From contig MU054187.1 in the NCBI GenBank assembly GCA_013239625.1, positions 2,987,757-3,051,756 of the forward strand: a stretch of 64,000 nucleotides of DNA. Direction: 5' to 3'. The DNA is from Lama guanicoe. Lineage: Eukaryota. Both the position numbers and the translations under genes were made by a program. Positions 51,680 to 64,000 of this stretch are shown in pieces; the first letter of the stretch is position 1, and the number at the start of each line of letters is the position of its first letter. The notes below the pieces were generated by a model. The model saw only the letters and a program-made list of their open reading frames with translations, was not told where the DNA came from and did no database searches.

Positions 51680-52300
51680 CCTTCACTCATGCATTCAGTA
51701 AATGTTTCTCAGGTTCCCTGTGGGCAGGCTCTGGGCTCACCAAGACGGATGAAGTGCTCCCTGTGACTTAGAGGAGTTCAGTGTCTGGCAAGAGAGTGTC
51801 TCGTTTGCACCTGCTCACACCGCAGAGGGTCATGCGGCACCAGCAGGGGCGGGAATGGGATTGCTGGGGAGAACAGGGGAGGGTCGGGGGAGCCTCTGCC
51901 TGGAAGATTCCAGGAGGGAGTAACATTTGAGCGGGACGTAAGAAAATTTCAAGCAGAAAGCAGAGAAGGGACAAAGACATCTCATGCCGTGTCTGTAAAG
52001 AGCTGAAAGGGAAGGTGGGAGGGAAGGTAGCGTCAGCAGATGAGTTTTGAGTTTGGGGCTGAAGTGCCCCGGCCTTGGCGCTTTCCTAGGAGACCTGGAC
52101 TTGATTCTGTTGGTAAATGGAGGCTCAGAGGGACACGTTCAGATGTGTACTTTCAGATAGTCCCCTTTTGGCAGCGGGAAGGGATCGAATTGCAGTCTGG
52201 AAGCACTGGAGAAGGATGTCTCCTGTGCTCTTCAGAGGCAGGGGAGAGAAACTGGGAGTGAGGGCTGGACTGCAGAAATACTTGGAACTTTAGTGCATTG
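51680..52300 (-). mobile_element. L2 fragment
   Basis: 'ttcactcatgcattcagtaaatgttt...gcaggctctgggc...ggaagattccaggagggagtaacatttgagc...gacttgattctgttggtaaatggagg'. Confidence 0.55.
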
Positions 52301-53009
52301 TAATGAGTGAGTGACGTGGAAACACGGCAGGGCTTGGCGACTCTCACTAGAGATTCTGACAGTACTTAATGAGCTATTGGAAAAGGCATAAACATAAACA
52401 GAGTTAAATAACGATGCTCTGTAACGTAGGCCGGGCAATTAAACAAGATTTACCAGAGTAAAGCTAAGTACAGTATAGTGGATAATTAATGGGCCCGTGA
52501 CAACCCAGTTAATAACCACCCGGAGCCTTTACGAGAGTGCACTAACCCACGTGCGTGTCAGAGGGGGGGTCTGCTCTTACAGCCAGCACCAGGTAGCCGG
52601 AAATTTCCCCAGGAGTGCATTCAGGCTTCCTGGAGCTGGAGGTCAGGTGGTCTGGCCTCCTGACCAGCCATGACCGGCCGCTGTTTGTTCACGGCTTCCT
52701 GGCTGAGCCTAGAAGGAGCTTGGTTATAAAGTCCACGCTCCCTTCCCGCGGTTCCCTGGGCTCTAGTTGCTAAGTTAGCTCTCAGCGGGATTTACCTTTC
52801 CTACTTTGGGAAGAGAACTTCTGTCCTCTTTGTGGGTAAGTGAACTCCAGCTTGGAAAAGACCTCTGTAGATGAGGGCGCCTTCCCCGAATGGTCCCCTT
52901 AGCATCTGGTGGGAGCAGAGATTCCTAAGAGGAAGGCACTTTGAGACCCAGCTGGCCTCTTTTATTTCAGTATGTCCTCATTTAACAACTTCGAAAAATT
53001 TCTTAGTTT

Positions 53010-53778
53010 TTAGTTTTTATGTGGTAGACTTTTTCCCCAAGCAGTTATAGGTTTACAGAAAAAAATGGAATTGAAAATACAGAGTTCCCATATGCTTCTT
53101 TCCCCTCATCTCCAGTTCCCTGTATCACTGACATCTTAGATTACTGTGGTTGGTACAGGATTGATACATGGTCATGAACTGAAGCCCATAGTTTAGAATT
53201 TACTCTTCGTGTTAAAAGTTCTGTGAGTTGTGGCAAAAGTGTAATGACTTGTATCCACCATTGCAGAATAGTTCACTGCCCTAAAAATCCCCTGTGTTCT
53301 GTCTGTTCCTCCCTGACTGTCCCTGCCAGCAACCACCGATCTTTTTACTGTCTCCAACGATTTGCCTTTTCCAAAGAGTCATATAGCTGGAATTGTACAG
53401 TATGTAACTTCTTCATACTGGCTTCTTTCACTTAGCAGTATGCATTTAAAGTTTCCTCCATATGATTTTTTTTTTGTTTGGTGGCTTGATAGCTCATTTC
53501 TTCTTAGTGCTGAGTAATATTCCAGTGTATGGATGGACTACAGTTTATTTATCCACTCTCCTACTGAAGAACACCTTAGTGGCTTCCAAGTTTTGACAAT
53601 TATGAATGAAGCTATTATAAATATTTGTGTTCAGGTTTTATGTAGAAAATAAGTTTTCAGCTCATTTGGGTGAATACCAAGGGGCACGATGGCTTTGTCT
53701 GATGGGAAGGAGATGTTTAGGTTTATAGGAAACTGACAAACTGTCTTCTGAAGTGGCCGTACGATCTCACATTCCCCT
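53010..53778 (-). mobile_element. L1MB-like 3' fragment
   Basis: 'gcagttataggtttacagaaaaa...tacagagttcccata...gtaatgacttgtatccacca...ttcactgccctaaaaatcccctgtg...ctggcttctttcacttagca...ccacttcc/ggcttccaagttttgacaattatgaat...ggaaactgacaaactgtcttc'. Confidence 0.8.
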
Positions 53779-56700
53779 ACTGAACAACTTCTGAGTCGGT
53801 ACCGTGTGCCAGCCGCCCCTTGTCTGAGGGCACAAAGGCAGTGACCCAGGGCACACGATGTTATTCCAGAGCAAGTTAAGATACCATGAACTTGTTCACA
53901 TTAGGAGTTCGAAATTTTGGAATGATTTACTGATTAGATCTGTGCTTTATGGTACAAATCACATAATTATTCTTAAATGAGACATGAGTAAAATAAGTAA
54001 AAATTTATATCATAGTGAAATTCTTCAGTTGCTCCGGTGGTGTGTGCATGGAGTTTCTGAAATCATGCTGCTGGAGCTCCAGACATTGAGTCCTGGTACC
54101 AACTCACTGGTTTCATGTAGGTGAAAAAAATTACTGGGACAAAATTAGTCTTTTTCTTTTAATGTACCTTTGAGATTAGTGATATCACAGATTATAAAAT
54201 TTCTTGGTAATGATTTCTTTAGAAAGTGTAACCATGGGGCAAATGATTTCTGTTTCTCAGGAAAATAAACCCACAGCATGCGCACACATGCAAACACACA
54301 CACGCCTCTGAAATACCGTGGAGTTCTGCCAGGGTGTGGACAGCTGCCCTGGGCAGCAGCAGCCTGCCTCCCTGTCCCCTGTTCAGCTTGGGCTTTGCCT
54401 CCAATGGACTTGAACAGAAATCATACACAGACGGACGGCAGAGAACTGGTGTCCCTACCTCTTAAAAGGCCTTGTCAGAATCTTTATTAAATCGTTTCAT
54501 TATTAGCTAAGATTGGAGTGCATTATTTTTGTAAGTCTTAAAAGCAGATAGCAAATTAAAATTTTGTTCTCATCTGTTCAGCCAAAGCAACCAAGAAGGC
54601 GTGCATGTTAATTCTTTTCAGCTTAAACTATATGATCAGATATTTTTCCTGTTTCCTTTGTACCACAGAGAAATAATGTTAAGTACCTGCATCAAATATC
54701 TTTGCATTTTGCACAAGGATTCGTTTCAACACATGTTCCCATGTTTGCCTCCATGTTTCCAACTTTTTCGGTTTTAAAATTTTATACAATATTTGTGAAA
54801 CCGAAAATTTTGCATGATGTGAAACGACAGTTCCAGTCAGACTGTCTGGCTGAGGAGGTCAGTAAACCTTCACTACTTTCATTAAAAAGAATCAGCCATT
54901 CTGTCTGGTTGAGGCCTCGGCTTTGAAAGGGGTTGACATGTTGGCTTCTCTGTCATGAGGATAAACGAACCTCTGCTGACTGCAATGGGGTGATTTGTGA
55001 ATGGGCAGTCTGTGGGCACTTGATTTTGGGGGGATTAGTGAAGAAATGCTGAAGAATCACTTTTTCATGTGCTTGAAAGGAAGAACAAAGTTTTATCATG
55101 TTTCCGATGGAAACATGAATGCTCTGAAATCCACTGAATTAGGAACAAGGAGGAAATACAATAAGAACAGAAAAGGAAACACGCTCACCTGACACTGGTC
55201 TGCCTGCCGGGACTTGCAGCCAAGTGCTGCCTTTCCTTCTCCATGAGAAATAATTAAGCCCGCAGTCACCTGGGGCTTCTGCGGTGTCACGAGGCGGGTG
55301 GGGTCTCCTAGGATGTGGGAGGAAGATGCACGGAAGGGTTGGGTGAGGACAGGACGGGCAGGCTGTGGCTGGGCCAAAATCGCCTTCGGGAACTGGCCTG
55401 GACCTGCCACGTAGGTGCTGGCTTGCTCTTCTTCAGTAATCCCTCTTGCTTGTTTTGGAATATAGTTTCTGGTTAAGATTCATGCTTGGTTTTGTCAGCC
55501 TCACACTGGCTAGTTTCATTTGTAAATTCTGTCCTTTTTCTGGAGTGTGTGCTTCGAGAGCAGAAACAGACTTGTTCGTGGCCGTGGCCACAGCATCTAC
55601 TCCGTCCAACACGTTGCTGTCATTTAATACAAACTTGTTGATCGAATGAGTGAAACGAAAAGTAGTGAATCATCTGAGGGCTTTCTTTTCATTCCAGTAA
55701 AAGACGTGCGTGCGTTCCTAATCTCTGTATGTTCTATTCTACTTGTGAATTTAACCCAGGGATTAAAAAAGCATGTGATGCCCAGGGCAGCCCCCTGTCT
55801 CGTGCCTGATGACCCCCCTGTTGACTTTTGCAGTTGGCATCAGGCCAGTGGACAAAAGAGCTGGACTTCTGCAGATCCAGGACGGACTTAGACGCCAGAG
55901 CGTAGGCACCCGGTCTTCAGAGCCCCAGCATGAAAAGACACTGCGTAGTCTAAGTGTGCTTGTCGGTCCCCTCTGAGCGCGTCCCGGGAGCAGCTACCTG
56001 CCGAGGTCACTGCGTACCTCCCGTCCCAGAGCCCGGATGAGCCCGGCCCTCCGCACGCAGCGGCTGTGGTTCTGCTGGCTCCGCGGCCCCTTCCCAGAAG
56101 CAGCCTCCTTGCATGATACTCCCCCGCGGTGCGTGTCCCACCGGGAAGGTCCCCGAGGGCCTCCTAGTGACAGCCATGATTTATGACTCCAGGTGGTCCC
56201 ATTCTTATTTTGTCTTGAGGAGTAAGAGTGAGCAAGAGATACAATTTGCACCATTTTCTTAGATCCTAAACCTTCACTCTACACTTAACAACACTGGACA
56301 AAAACCGACAGCAAAGTAATCCTAGCATCACGTCATTTTTACCTGCCTCCTTGCCACCCTGGAGGCCATTCATTACAGCAGTCCCTCGACGTCCGCTTTC
56401 TTGGATCTTGCCACTCCGTGTAAAGCCAGGTGAACGCTCATGTTTTAATTGTGCCCCGTTTTCCTCCCCGCTCCCTGGCCCCAGTGCTATAATCTTCGCT
56501 TGTATGATGGTTTGCAGATGCCTCCCTGCGTCCACCTTTCCGACCCCGGTCACTCTCCCCTCTCCAAGTCGGGTCCCTTCTCCTGTGCCCCTCGGTGGCT
56601 CTTCTGTCTGCTGTCACTGCCTCTCCATCGCTGTGCCCTCCGCTCAGCTCCTCCTGGGAAGCCAGCAGAACCTGCGTCTGCCGTCCTGCTCCCCAGCCTC

Positions 56701-59700
56701 CTGTCCCCACAGCACGACGTGTTCCTCCTGAAGGCAGGGCACCAGGTGCCTTGGTCGTCCTTGTACCGGAGTTCCGTTCTGTTTCTTTGTGACACCAGGG
56801 CTGCTAGAGTTGAAGCCCACTGCTGTTGACGACAGTGGCAGAGAAGCAGTGCAGTGGTGTGGTGTCGCCCTGTGCTGATGTGGTCTACCTCTAGTCCTTT
56901 ACAAAGCATCCTCACGAGCTTTGAAGGCTAACTGTATTTTTATGACAACTTCGGAGTTAAGTGCTGAGATTCAGAATAGTTGTTTTTTTTTTAAAATCTG
57001 AATAACGTGGAAATCTGACTGCGGTTTTACTTGTTTCTCCTTTTATTCACAGCCACCGTCCGAACCATTTTAAATGTCCTTGTTTTTAACTGGAAAGCCA
57101 GATTGAGGTTTCCAAGTGTAATACAAGCTCACCATCATTTTCTTTGGTGATAATTAATCATCCATGCTTGAAATATTATGCTCAGTAATTCATGCGAAGT
57201 ATTTAATAAGGTCCTACCAAATGCTGGGAGTTCCACACCGCCACCTAGCCTCTGCGATCCTCTGAAGATATTTCCCATCCGTAAAGGTTTTAACACGAAG
57301 CCATTTTTCCTGTAAAATGATGTTGATGGGAGAAATAATGTCATCCTGCAAAGAAATCCAGCTTAGCAAGCATTGTTCAGATGGCTGCAGATTGTGTGTG
57401 AGAGCCGGAAGAAACAGTGCTAGCTCATCCATGTTATCTTGCTGGGTTTTATTTCTTTGCAAATAAGTGGGTTTGCCCATTAGTGTGGTAAAATCCTTTT
57501 GCATGCACATACACAAGCCACACACTGTTGAATGGTGTGTGATAAACTGGATAAATATCTTTGCAACACATAAGTTGTAGACAAAGGGCTATTTCTCCTA
57601 ACAGAAAAATTCTCACCAATCAATATGAAAAAATGGGCAATAATCACTTTGCAAATGGGCAAAGAATGTGTGTAGACAATTTACAGGAAAAGAACGTCTG
57701 TAGTGCATCACCAAGGGACAGGTTTACCTCCAATGGAAGAAACTCACTTTGGTTTTCAAGCTCCGTTTGCCTTTGCCTGACGTAGGGGGTCTGCCTGTGT
57801 TTCTTGAACACAAGTACAGGGCCGTGTGCATCACCCAGGTGGTACGTGTGTGAAGCAGACCCTGACTCTAGTCTTCACCTGTAGTCCATACTTCAGTTTG
57901 GCTCACCGAACCACCACGGCAGCTCCCTTCTAGGGAGTCTTAAGTTATAGAAACTGGAAAGCTTAAAAAACAAAAGTGAGGGTAAGGTGGGGAGGAAAAG
58001 AGGAAGGGATCAAAGAAGAAAAAGTTTTCAATCCTTTCATGCAGCTAGAGAATCTGGTTCTGCCGAAAAGTTGCATTTGTGATAACCTGGAGTGATGACA
58101 TGAGGAGGTCAAGGTGATGGCCACGTGCTGGGGAGTGTTTTGTTTTTTTCTGGAACCCGTGATGGAGAGTGTGGTGTCCCCATCCTGATCCTGTGGTCCT
58201 GAGAGCTGAGCAGCAGGTGGTGGCTGCGCAGCACTGATGATGGAAGAGAAGCCTCAGGATGTGGTCAGTCATCGCCCAGCTGCTTTGCTCCTGATCAGGA
58301 GCATCCCGGCGGGTCCGTGATGACCCAGAAGTTCTTCAGGTCATCTAATACCTTGTAATAAATCTTCCTCTTAAACTGGCTGGAGTGGAGTCAACAGATA
58401 TATTTCAAAAGTAAAATTGTGTTTTGGGAACCAGAGGGTAGAGATGGAAGATGGTCAGAAAATAGAGGCACATAAGTAAATAAGCCAGTCAAAACCAGAA
58501 GGAGTTCCACAAAAAGGTTCCATTAGGAATTTTCAGTTCTAGCTATTTTACTGCCAAAGAATACTGCAAATTAAAGCTAAGTTTGCTTTTGGGTCTCCCC
58601 ACTGAGATCTCATAAAATGTCATTTTCTAGACATTTACTCATTCATTTAGTCAAATAACATATATCAATCAAGTGCTTCGTCAAATTAACCACAATTACA
58701 GAATTCAGGCACACTTTGATTTAGATGATACGTGTATTCCTTAAAACGTATAAACCCACGTAACAACTTGCTATTTTCAAACAATCTTAAGAAGAATCCT
58801 TTTAAACATATAAAGAGGATTCAAAGACGAACAGGATGTAGTTTCTCAGCCTCAAGGAAATCTCATCCAGTTGGATAAACAGGTTAGAAAACCGGTCATA
58901 ACAACGCAGCGTAAATTCTCCGTCGGTCGGTTGCGCAGAGCACAAGGGAAGACGCGAGACGGGTTGGCAGACTCAGGATTCCCCCACGTTCCAACCATTC
59001 TGCTGCGAGGCAGCCAGCACGCCCTGCAAAGAAGTATTAATACCTACGGGTGCCTATCATTTCAGCTCAGGGGTCTGACCCTTCAGTCCAGAGTTCTCCT
59101 GGAACTTCTCTCCTTGCAGGTGTGTGCAAGGAAGTGTGAGCGTCGTCCGTGAGTGGTCCCTGAGGACACACAGGCTGGGGAGCCGGCCTTGGCTTTGCTT
59201 CAGCCAAGAACGTGCATTCCCGCTTCGTTGGATAAACATTTAGTCGAGTCTGTGTCTGAAGCCAGCCTGAGCAGACGGGGTTCAGTGGCTTCTTTTTAAG
59301 GAGGCATCTTGCTCATTGTAACGAAGTTGGAGCAACAGTGCCTGAGTCTGTCCTGGGTGATGGTTTATCCTTCCGGCTCAAATAAAGCTAGTGATATGGG
59401 CTGGAGCTTTCCTCTACTGAATGTCAGACCAGAAACACAACAGTCCCTGATATTTCAGTTCTTTATGTCTGACCTATACAGCAAGTAGATTCTTGACATC
59501 TCTTTTGGGAGAAATTTTACAGGAAAAAAATATCTCTCCAAAAAATGAATGGCACACCACAGTCGTAAAATCTGAGGTTGGCGGTTGGAAGCAGGGGTAC
59601 ATAACACCATGTTGTGAACTGACATCAGGGGGTTGATGGAATCAGATCTCTGAGGCTCTGTCACCACCCAGTTCCGGAGGCTGAATCCGTCATCACTGGT

Positions 59701-59882
59701 TTGTGTCTGGAGCCATCCCTAAAAGTCCAGCAGGTGTTCTCACCTAGTGTCCTTTGAACCTGCTCCACATCTTCTCAGCACCTTCTGGAGAAACCATATG
59801 TCTGCTCCACCTGCTGACAAGACTCCTCAGCCCTACTTCCAAAATGTGTCCAGTGGATTCTCTTCTCTCCAGCTTCATTGCC

Positions 59883-59903
59883 AACCACCACCACCACCAC
59901 CAC
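59883..59903. repeat. (CCA)n trinucleotide repeat within an L2-like fragment (about 59760-60020)
   Basis: accaccaccaccaccacca; flanks 'cagccctacttccaaaatgtgtcc', 'ttgtctggacta', 'aaagtgatccttt' resemble L2. Confidence 0.7.
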
Positions 59904-60815
59904 AGCTGCCACCAAAAGCATTGTCTTTGTCTGGACTAGTTCAGAACCCTCTTCAGTGTTGCCACCCATCCCCACCCCACCTCCAGCGCAGTCTCCACTT
60001 ACCACCCAAAGTGATCCTTTAACGTGAATAAAGACTACAACACAATCATGTAACTCTCAAAAAAAAAAAAAAGGGATGGTGGTTCAGAGTGCAGATGTTC
60101 ATGGCGGGGCACCATCATTCAGGATGTTGAAACACAGGTGCTTGTCACGAGGGTAGATTAAGAACTGGGACTTGGGGGAACCGTACCCCAAACTTTTGAT
60201 TTTGGGGTCATCTCACTAGTGGTAAGAGGCTCTGAACCCTTCATCAACCAACCCCAGGTGAACTGGGAGCTTCTACCAACATTCTTAGATTCCAGCTGAA
60301 CTCGGGTGATCTTTGAATCAAAAGAGGGAAATACTGACCTTACAGCAAGAAAAACGTGTTTTTCAGCAAAAGCCTGAGAAGGGATGAATGTCTCCTGAGT
60401 TTTGAAAATGGAGAGAGAACCCAAAGACCTCAGTTTTAAGGGAAAAAATGTATTTTTCTTTCTGGTTGCAAGGCTGGTCACCCACATTACATTCTGAGAG
60501 CCTGTGTGCCGCGTCAAGAAAAGAATTCCCCACGATAGAGAAGTGATGGCCTCAGGGGACGCCCCCCCTCGGGGCAAATTTCGGTACCGTAATTCTCTCA
60601 AGCACTGCAAGCCTGCTGCCAGGGGCGTAAGGGCGCGTTCGCGGAGCTGCACCCCAGCGCGAAGCCGGGCGGGGTCAAGGGGCGACTTCAGCTGGCTCGC
60701 TGTTCTCGGCTCCGGCGGCGGCGGTTTGGCCTCGGCCCTGCGGGTGTCCGCTTGCGCCCTGGCTGCGCCGTGTGCTCAGGCTGAGGAAGGGGGTGCGTGG
60801 CTGTCGGGGGGGGGG

Positions 60816-60839
60816 NNNNNNNNNNNNNNNNNNNNNNNN
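60816..60839. other. Assembly gap (N run) flanked by G runs
   Basis: 24 Ns between poly-G tracts. Confidence 0.98.
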
Positions 60840-61359
60840 GGGGCCGGGAGGGGGAGACTGCTGGCTCTTCTTCTTTCCTCTTGCGCAGTTTCTGTTCCTT
60901 TGTGCCTTCTTCTAAGTGGGAGAGGCTGAGACACGTTCGGATATGGTTGGATGGACCCACGAGAGGGTCCTGAGGCCAGCCTTGCCATCACATGTGGGCT
61001 TTCCGACAGGCAGAGGGGAGTGACGCCCAGAGCACAGGCAGGAGAGGCCCTTCTCTTCTCGGATGGCGGCGGCGGGAGCAGGGGGCCCGGACGGGCGGGG
61101 GCTGCTGGCCGTCTGGTCGTTTCCGTTCTGTGAACTGGGAGACGAGGTCATCTGCTGCGGGAGAGGTGGGTATGTGGTTAGAACAGGGTTTATGAGTTTG
61201 AACACATAGTGACTTAAAAGGACGTAAAATTACCAGACTGAAAACATCTGGGGAGGTGAAGGGTTGGGGGCCAGGCTGAGTTTGATGCCCTTGATTCTGG
61301 AGACTGACGCCAGTCTGCCTGAGTTTTTCTTTCTCTCTGCAGCATTCAGAGTCTCAGAA

Positions 61360-62110
61360 ACATTCATTTAGACATTTGTCAGCATTCAATCAGCTTTTTA
61401 AAAAAAACTCAGCTGCTGTTGTTGGCGCTGAGTATATGGCACCGTACACCCCAGGGAGGAAGTGTCAACGGTAATTTTAAAAGCCAATAAACGCACAATG
61501 TGTCAGGTGACGTGTGCTGTGAAGAAAGGGAAGGTGGGAGGCAAAGACTGCTGGGAGAGGGTTCTGATCCGTAGGATGTGGTTAGGGAAGAGTGTTTCTA
61601 GTAAGGGGACATCTGAGCAAAGATCTGAAGGAAGTGAGGGGCCGGCCATTGCAGGCACCTGGGCAGGAGCAGGAGCATCCAGGTAGCAGTGTCTCACCTG
61701 GGTGGCTGTGGAAAGGAAGAGGGACCAGAATGGCAGGGGCACAGGGAGCAGGTGGCTGAAGAACAGGAGGGGAGGTAGGAGGGGCCATGCTTCTGAGGGC
61801 CTTGTTGGTGACAGAACGGACTTTGGGCCTTAATTTGAGTGAGTGGATGTAGACTGCAAAGGGTCGATCATGAAGCAGGGTTTTGCCAGGGTGTTGAGCA
61901 AAGGGCAGAAGAGCACAGGTGGACGGTCTTTGCAAGAGAGTGGTGCATGGAAGTTGGATGGGGCGGCCACTGCAAAGAGAGGGACTGACTAGGAAAAGTG
62001 AAATGGCCCAAAGCCTGCCGCCCCCCGTGATCTTAAAGGAGCACTGCATGGAGGGCGTTTGACGAGGCCCCCTGGAAGGACGGGAGGCTGTGGTCAGTGA
62101 TGTGGGAGAC
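61360..62110 (-). mobile_element. L2 fragment
   Basis: 'cattcatttagacatt...ggggacatctgagcaaagatctgaaggaagtgag...gagggccttgttgg...ggactttggccttaatttgagtgag...aagtgaaatggcccaaag'. Confidence 0.65.
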
Positions 62111-62435
62111 AGTGTGGAGGAGGTGGCTCCATTCCAGCACACACTGGGCCACATGCTCACTGAGGCCAGTGCCCTGCTGGGGAGGGGGGTCAGTGGTGAA
62201 GGAGATGGACCAGTGTGCTGACGTGGGGACGCTGTGACCGAGAGAGCTGCAGCCTCACACAGGCTGAGTTACCTGGAGTGGCATGAGTGGGAGTGGACAG
62301 CCTGGCCAGGGCTGTGGCGCTGTCTGTGAATGTTGCTTCTGGTTTTGCCCTGGATACTGTTTCTAGATTCCAGTTGTCTCGAGGCAGGAATGACCAGATG
62401 ACCAGGCCCCCACCGATGAGAGAGTTTTTATGACT

Positions 62436-62525
62436 TGTGCTGTGTGTGTGTGCACGTGTGTGTGCGCTGTGTGTATGGTGTGTGCTGTGTGCTGTTTGTG
62501 TGTGTGCTGTGTGTGTGTACACACA
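62436..62525. repeat. Degenerate (TG)n / (TGTGC)n low-complexity repeat
   Basis: tgtgctgtgtgtgtgtgcacgtgtgtgtgcgctgtgtgtatggtgtgtgctgtgtgc... Confidence 0.85.
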
Positions 62526-62639
62526 GGCTCCTTGGCAGAGGGCAGGTGAAGTCAGCCCCCGGCCGTCTGGATGTGGCCAGCTGCCCTGTAGTTCACTTCT
62601 GTTGCCACCGTCAGCGCCCTGCGCCTTGATCCTCAGAGC

Positions 62640-62762
62640 TCAGTCCTCAGCCACATATCACAAACGCAGACTCTTGGACCTTAAATCTAATGGATTAGTA
62701 TCGGAATTCACATTTGAAGCCCCAGGTGTTTTGTGTGCACATTAAACTTGAGAAGTGCTGCT
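62640..62762. mobile_element. MER5-like fragment
   Basis: 'cacatttgaagccccaggtgttttgtgtgcacattaaacttgagaagtgctg' matches the MER5 terminus. Confidence 0.6.
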
Positions 62763-63424
62763 TTCGAGATCCTCAAAAACAAAACAAAACAAACAAGCAA
62801 AAACTGAAGGGTTTGAATTTTTTCTGTTTAAGATCTTTTTTTGCCAAGGTCCTTCTGGTTGGAAGCACGCTCTGTCAGGCCGGCTCCAAGTTCTGTGAAC
62901 AAAGTAGAAACGCTTGTATAGTCACATTGCTGCGAAGTGGAGCACACGCTGCCTAATTGCGTCTGAAATGGGAAGTCGTTCCTTTTTCATCGTATCCTTT
63001 CCTGCAAGGTCCAGGTCCTTTTGTCTTTCTGGATAAGAGTCCTCTCGCCTTGAAACTTGGACCACCTCAGCCACATCAGATGCCTCACTTCAGCTTCCCC
63101 AAAGGTGGCCGAGTTAAATAAGTCACACACACACTCAGTATGCTTTTCAAAAAGGTGTTCATGGAAGTTTTCCAACACCTCCTGATGTCAGCTGCAGGAC
63201 GGGTGCTGCCCGTGCTTGGCCTTGAGCAAGGCTTCTCCAAAGTCCTTCCGGGGAGAAGATGGTCCTGTCTCTGCCCTGGCAGAGCACGGCAGAGCGGTTT
63301 CATCCGGGGGTGAGGCGCCCAGCCCAAGGGGTGTGGCTCCGCCATGTCATTGCTCAGGCCACAGGCACGTCCAAGCAGCTGGACACCCTCACAGGCGGGC
63401 AGAGCACGGGGCAGGGACCCAGGC

Positions 63425-63600
63425 ACTCTGCTTTGCATACATGATCTTTCAGTCTCATAACCCCACCATGTAAGCTCTGTTATTTGCCCATTTTACAAAG
63501 AGATAAGTTAAAGGCTTGTCCAAAGTCACGTAATTAATAGCTGAAGCGAACCTTCAGATCCAGATGTACCCGACTCTAGGGCGATGTTCTCAGCCTCTGC
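63425..63600 (-). mobile_element. MIR SINE fragment
   Basis: 'ctttgcatacatgatctttcagtctcataacccc...cccattttacaaagag...aggcttgtccaaagtcac...agctgaagcgaacc'. Confidence 0.6.
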
Positions 63601-64000
63601 GTTAGGACCACTTGTGAGAAGCTGGGGAGGCGGGGTCAGACCATTAGCTTCAAGGAGCTTGGCAGCAACGGTCAGGAGTGGGAAACCTCAGGGATATGGT
63701 GGGACTGGCACATCCGGGATGTTCTCAGAATAGAACTGGAGGAGGAAGAGGAATGAGGAAGAGGCCAGGACCCAGGAAAAAGGCAGGTGACCTGTTACCC
63801 AAACTGGTGTGCCCGGTGGTGGGTGTGACCTGAAATGATGCCCCTGAGGATTGGTAGGGATGGCTGCACACACCTGATCAGCAGTCAGGCTTGGTCCTGC
63901 CTGGGGCGGGGTTAAGTCCGTGGATGAGAAGTGACTCAGTGGCCAGGCTGGTGCTTGGAAGACGAGGTCTGGACCCATCTGAGAGGTGGAGGTGGGAATG

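Larger units (their letters stand above)
37015..64000 (+). other. XKR4: XKR4 intron 1 (5' part; continues beyond window)
   Basis: Begins at the GT after exon 1. No XKR4 exon 2-like peptide (expected YFHTIYLG...) appears in the ORF track downstream; the sequence is repeat-rich and non-coding. Confidence 0.85.

Noticed and set aside
1..64000. CRISPR arrays, prokaryotic operons or defence systems, rRNA, intact endogenous viral genes
   Set aside because: The sequence is mammalian; I saw no regularly spaced repeats, operon-like ORF density or gag/pol/env peptides.

Overview
Mammalian genomic DNA, probably camelid, inferred from a vic-1-like tRNA-derived SINE and cetartiodactyl-type L1 tails. The window holds about 35 kb of repeat-rich upstream DNA, then the CpG-island promoter and first coding exon of XKR4 (XK-related phospholipid scramblase 4; CDS 36215-37014, + strand), then about 27 kb of intron 1. 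I see no other credible protein-coding gene; the remaining ORFs look like GC-rich or repeat-derived noise. Repeats recognised by eye include L1, L2, MIR, MaLR/ERVL LTRs, Tigger1 and hAT MER elements. Subfamily calls are from memory of consensus sequences and need RepeatMasker/Dfam confirmation. The most notable signals are: (1) a canonical REST/NRSF RE1 silencer lying exactly in frame inside the XKR4 coding sequence; (2) a long upstream ORF in the XKR4 frame that stops 30 nt before the start codon; (3) a weak 5' splice site on exon 1; (4) patchy AT-to-GC remodelling of ancient repeats, suggesting GC-biased gene conversion; (5) a twin-primed (5'-inverted) L1; and (6) an intronic CpG-rich promoter/exon-like element near 60.6-61.2 kb. 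I cannot support a wholly new biological system from sequence alone.
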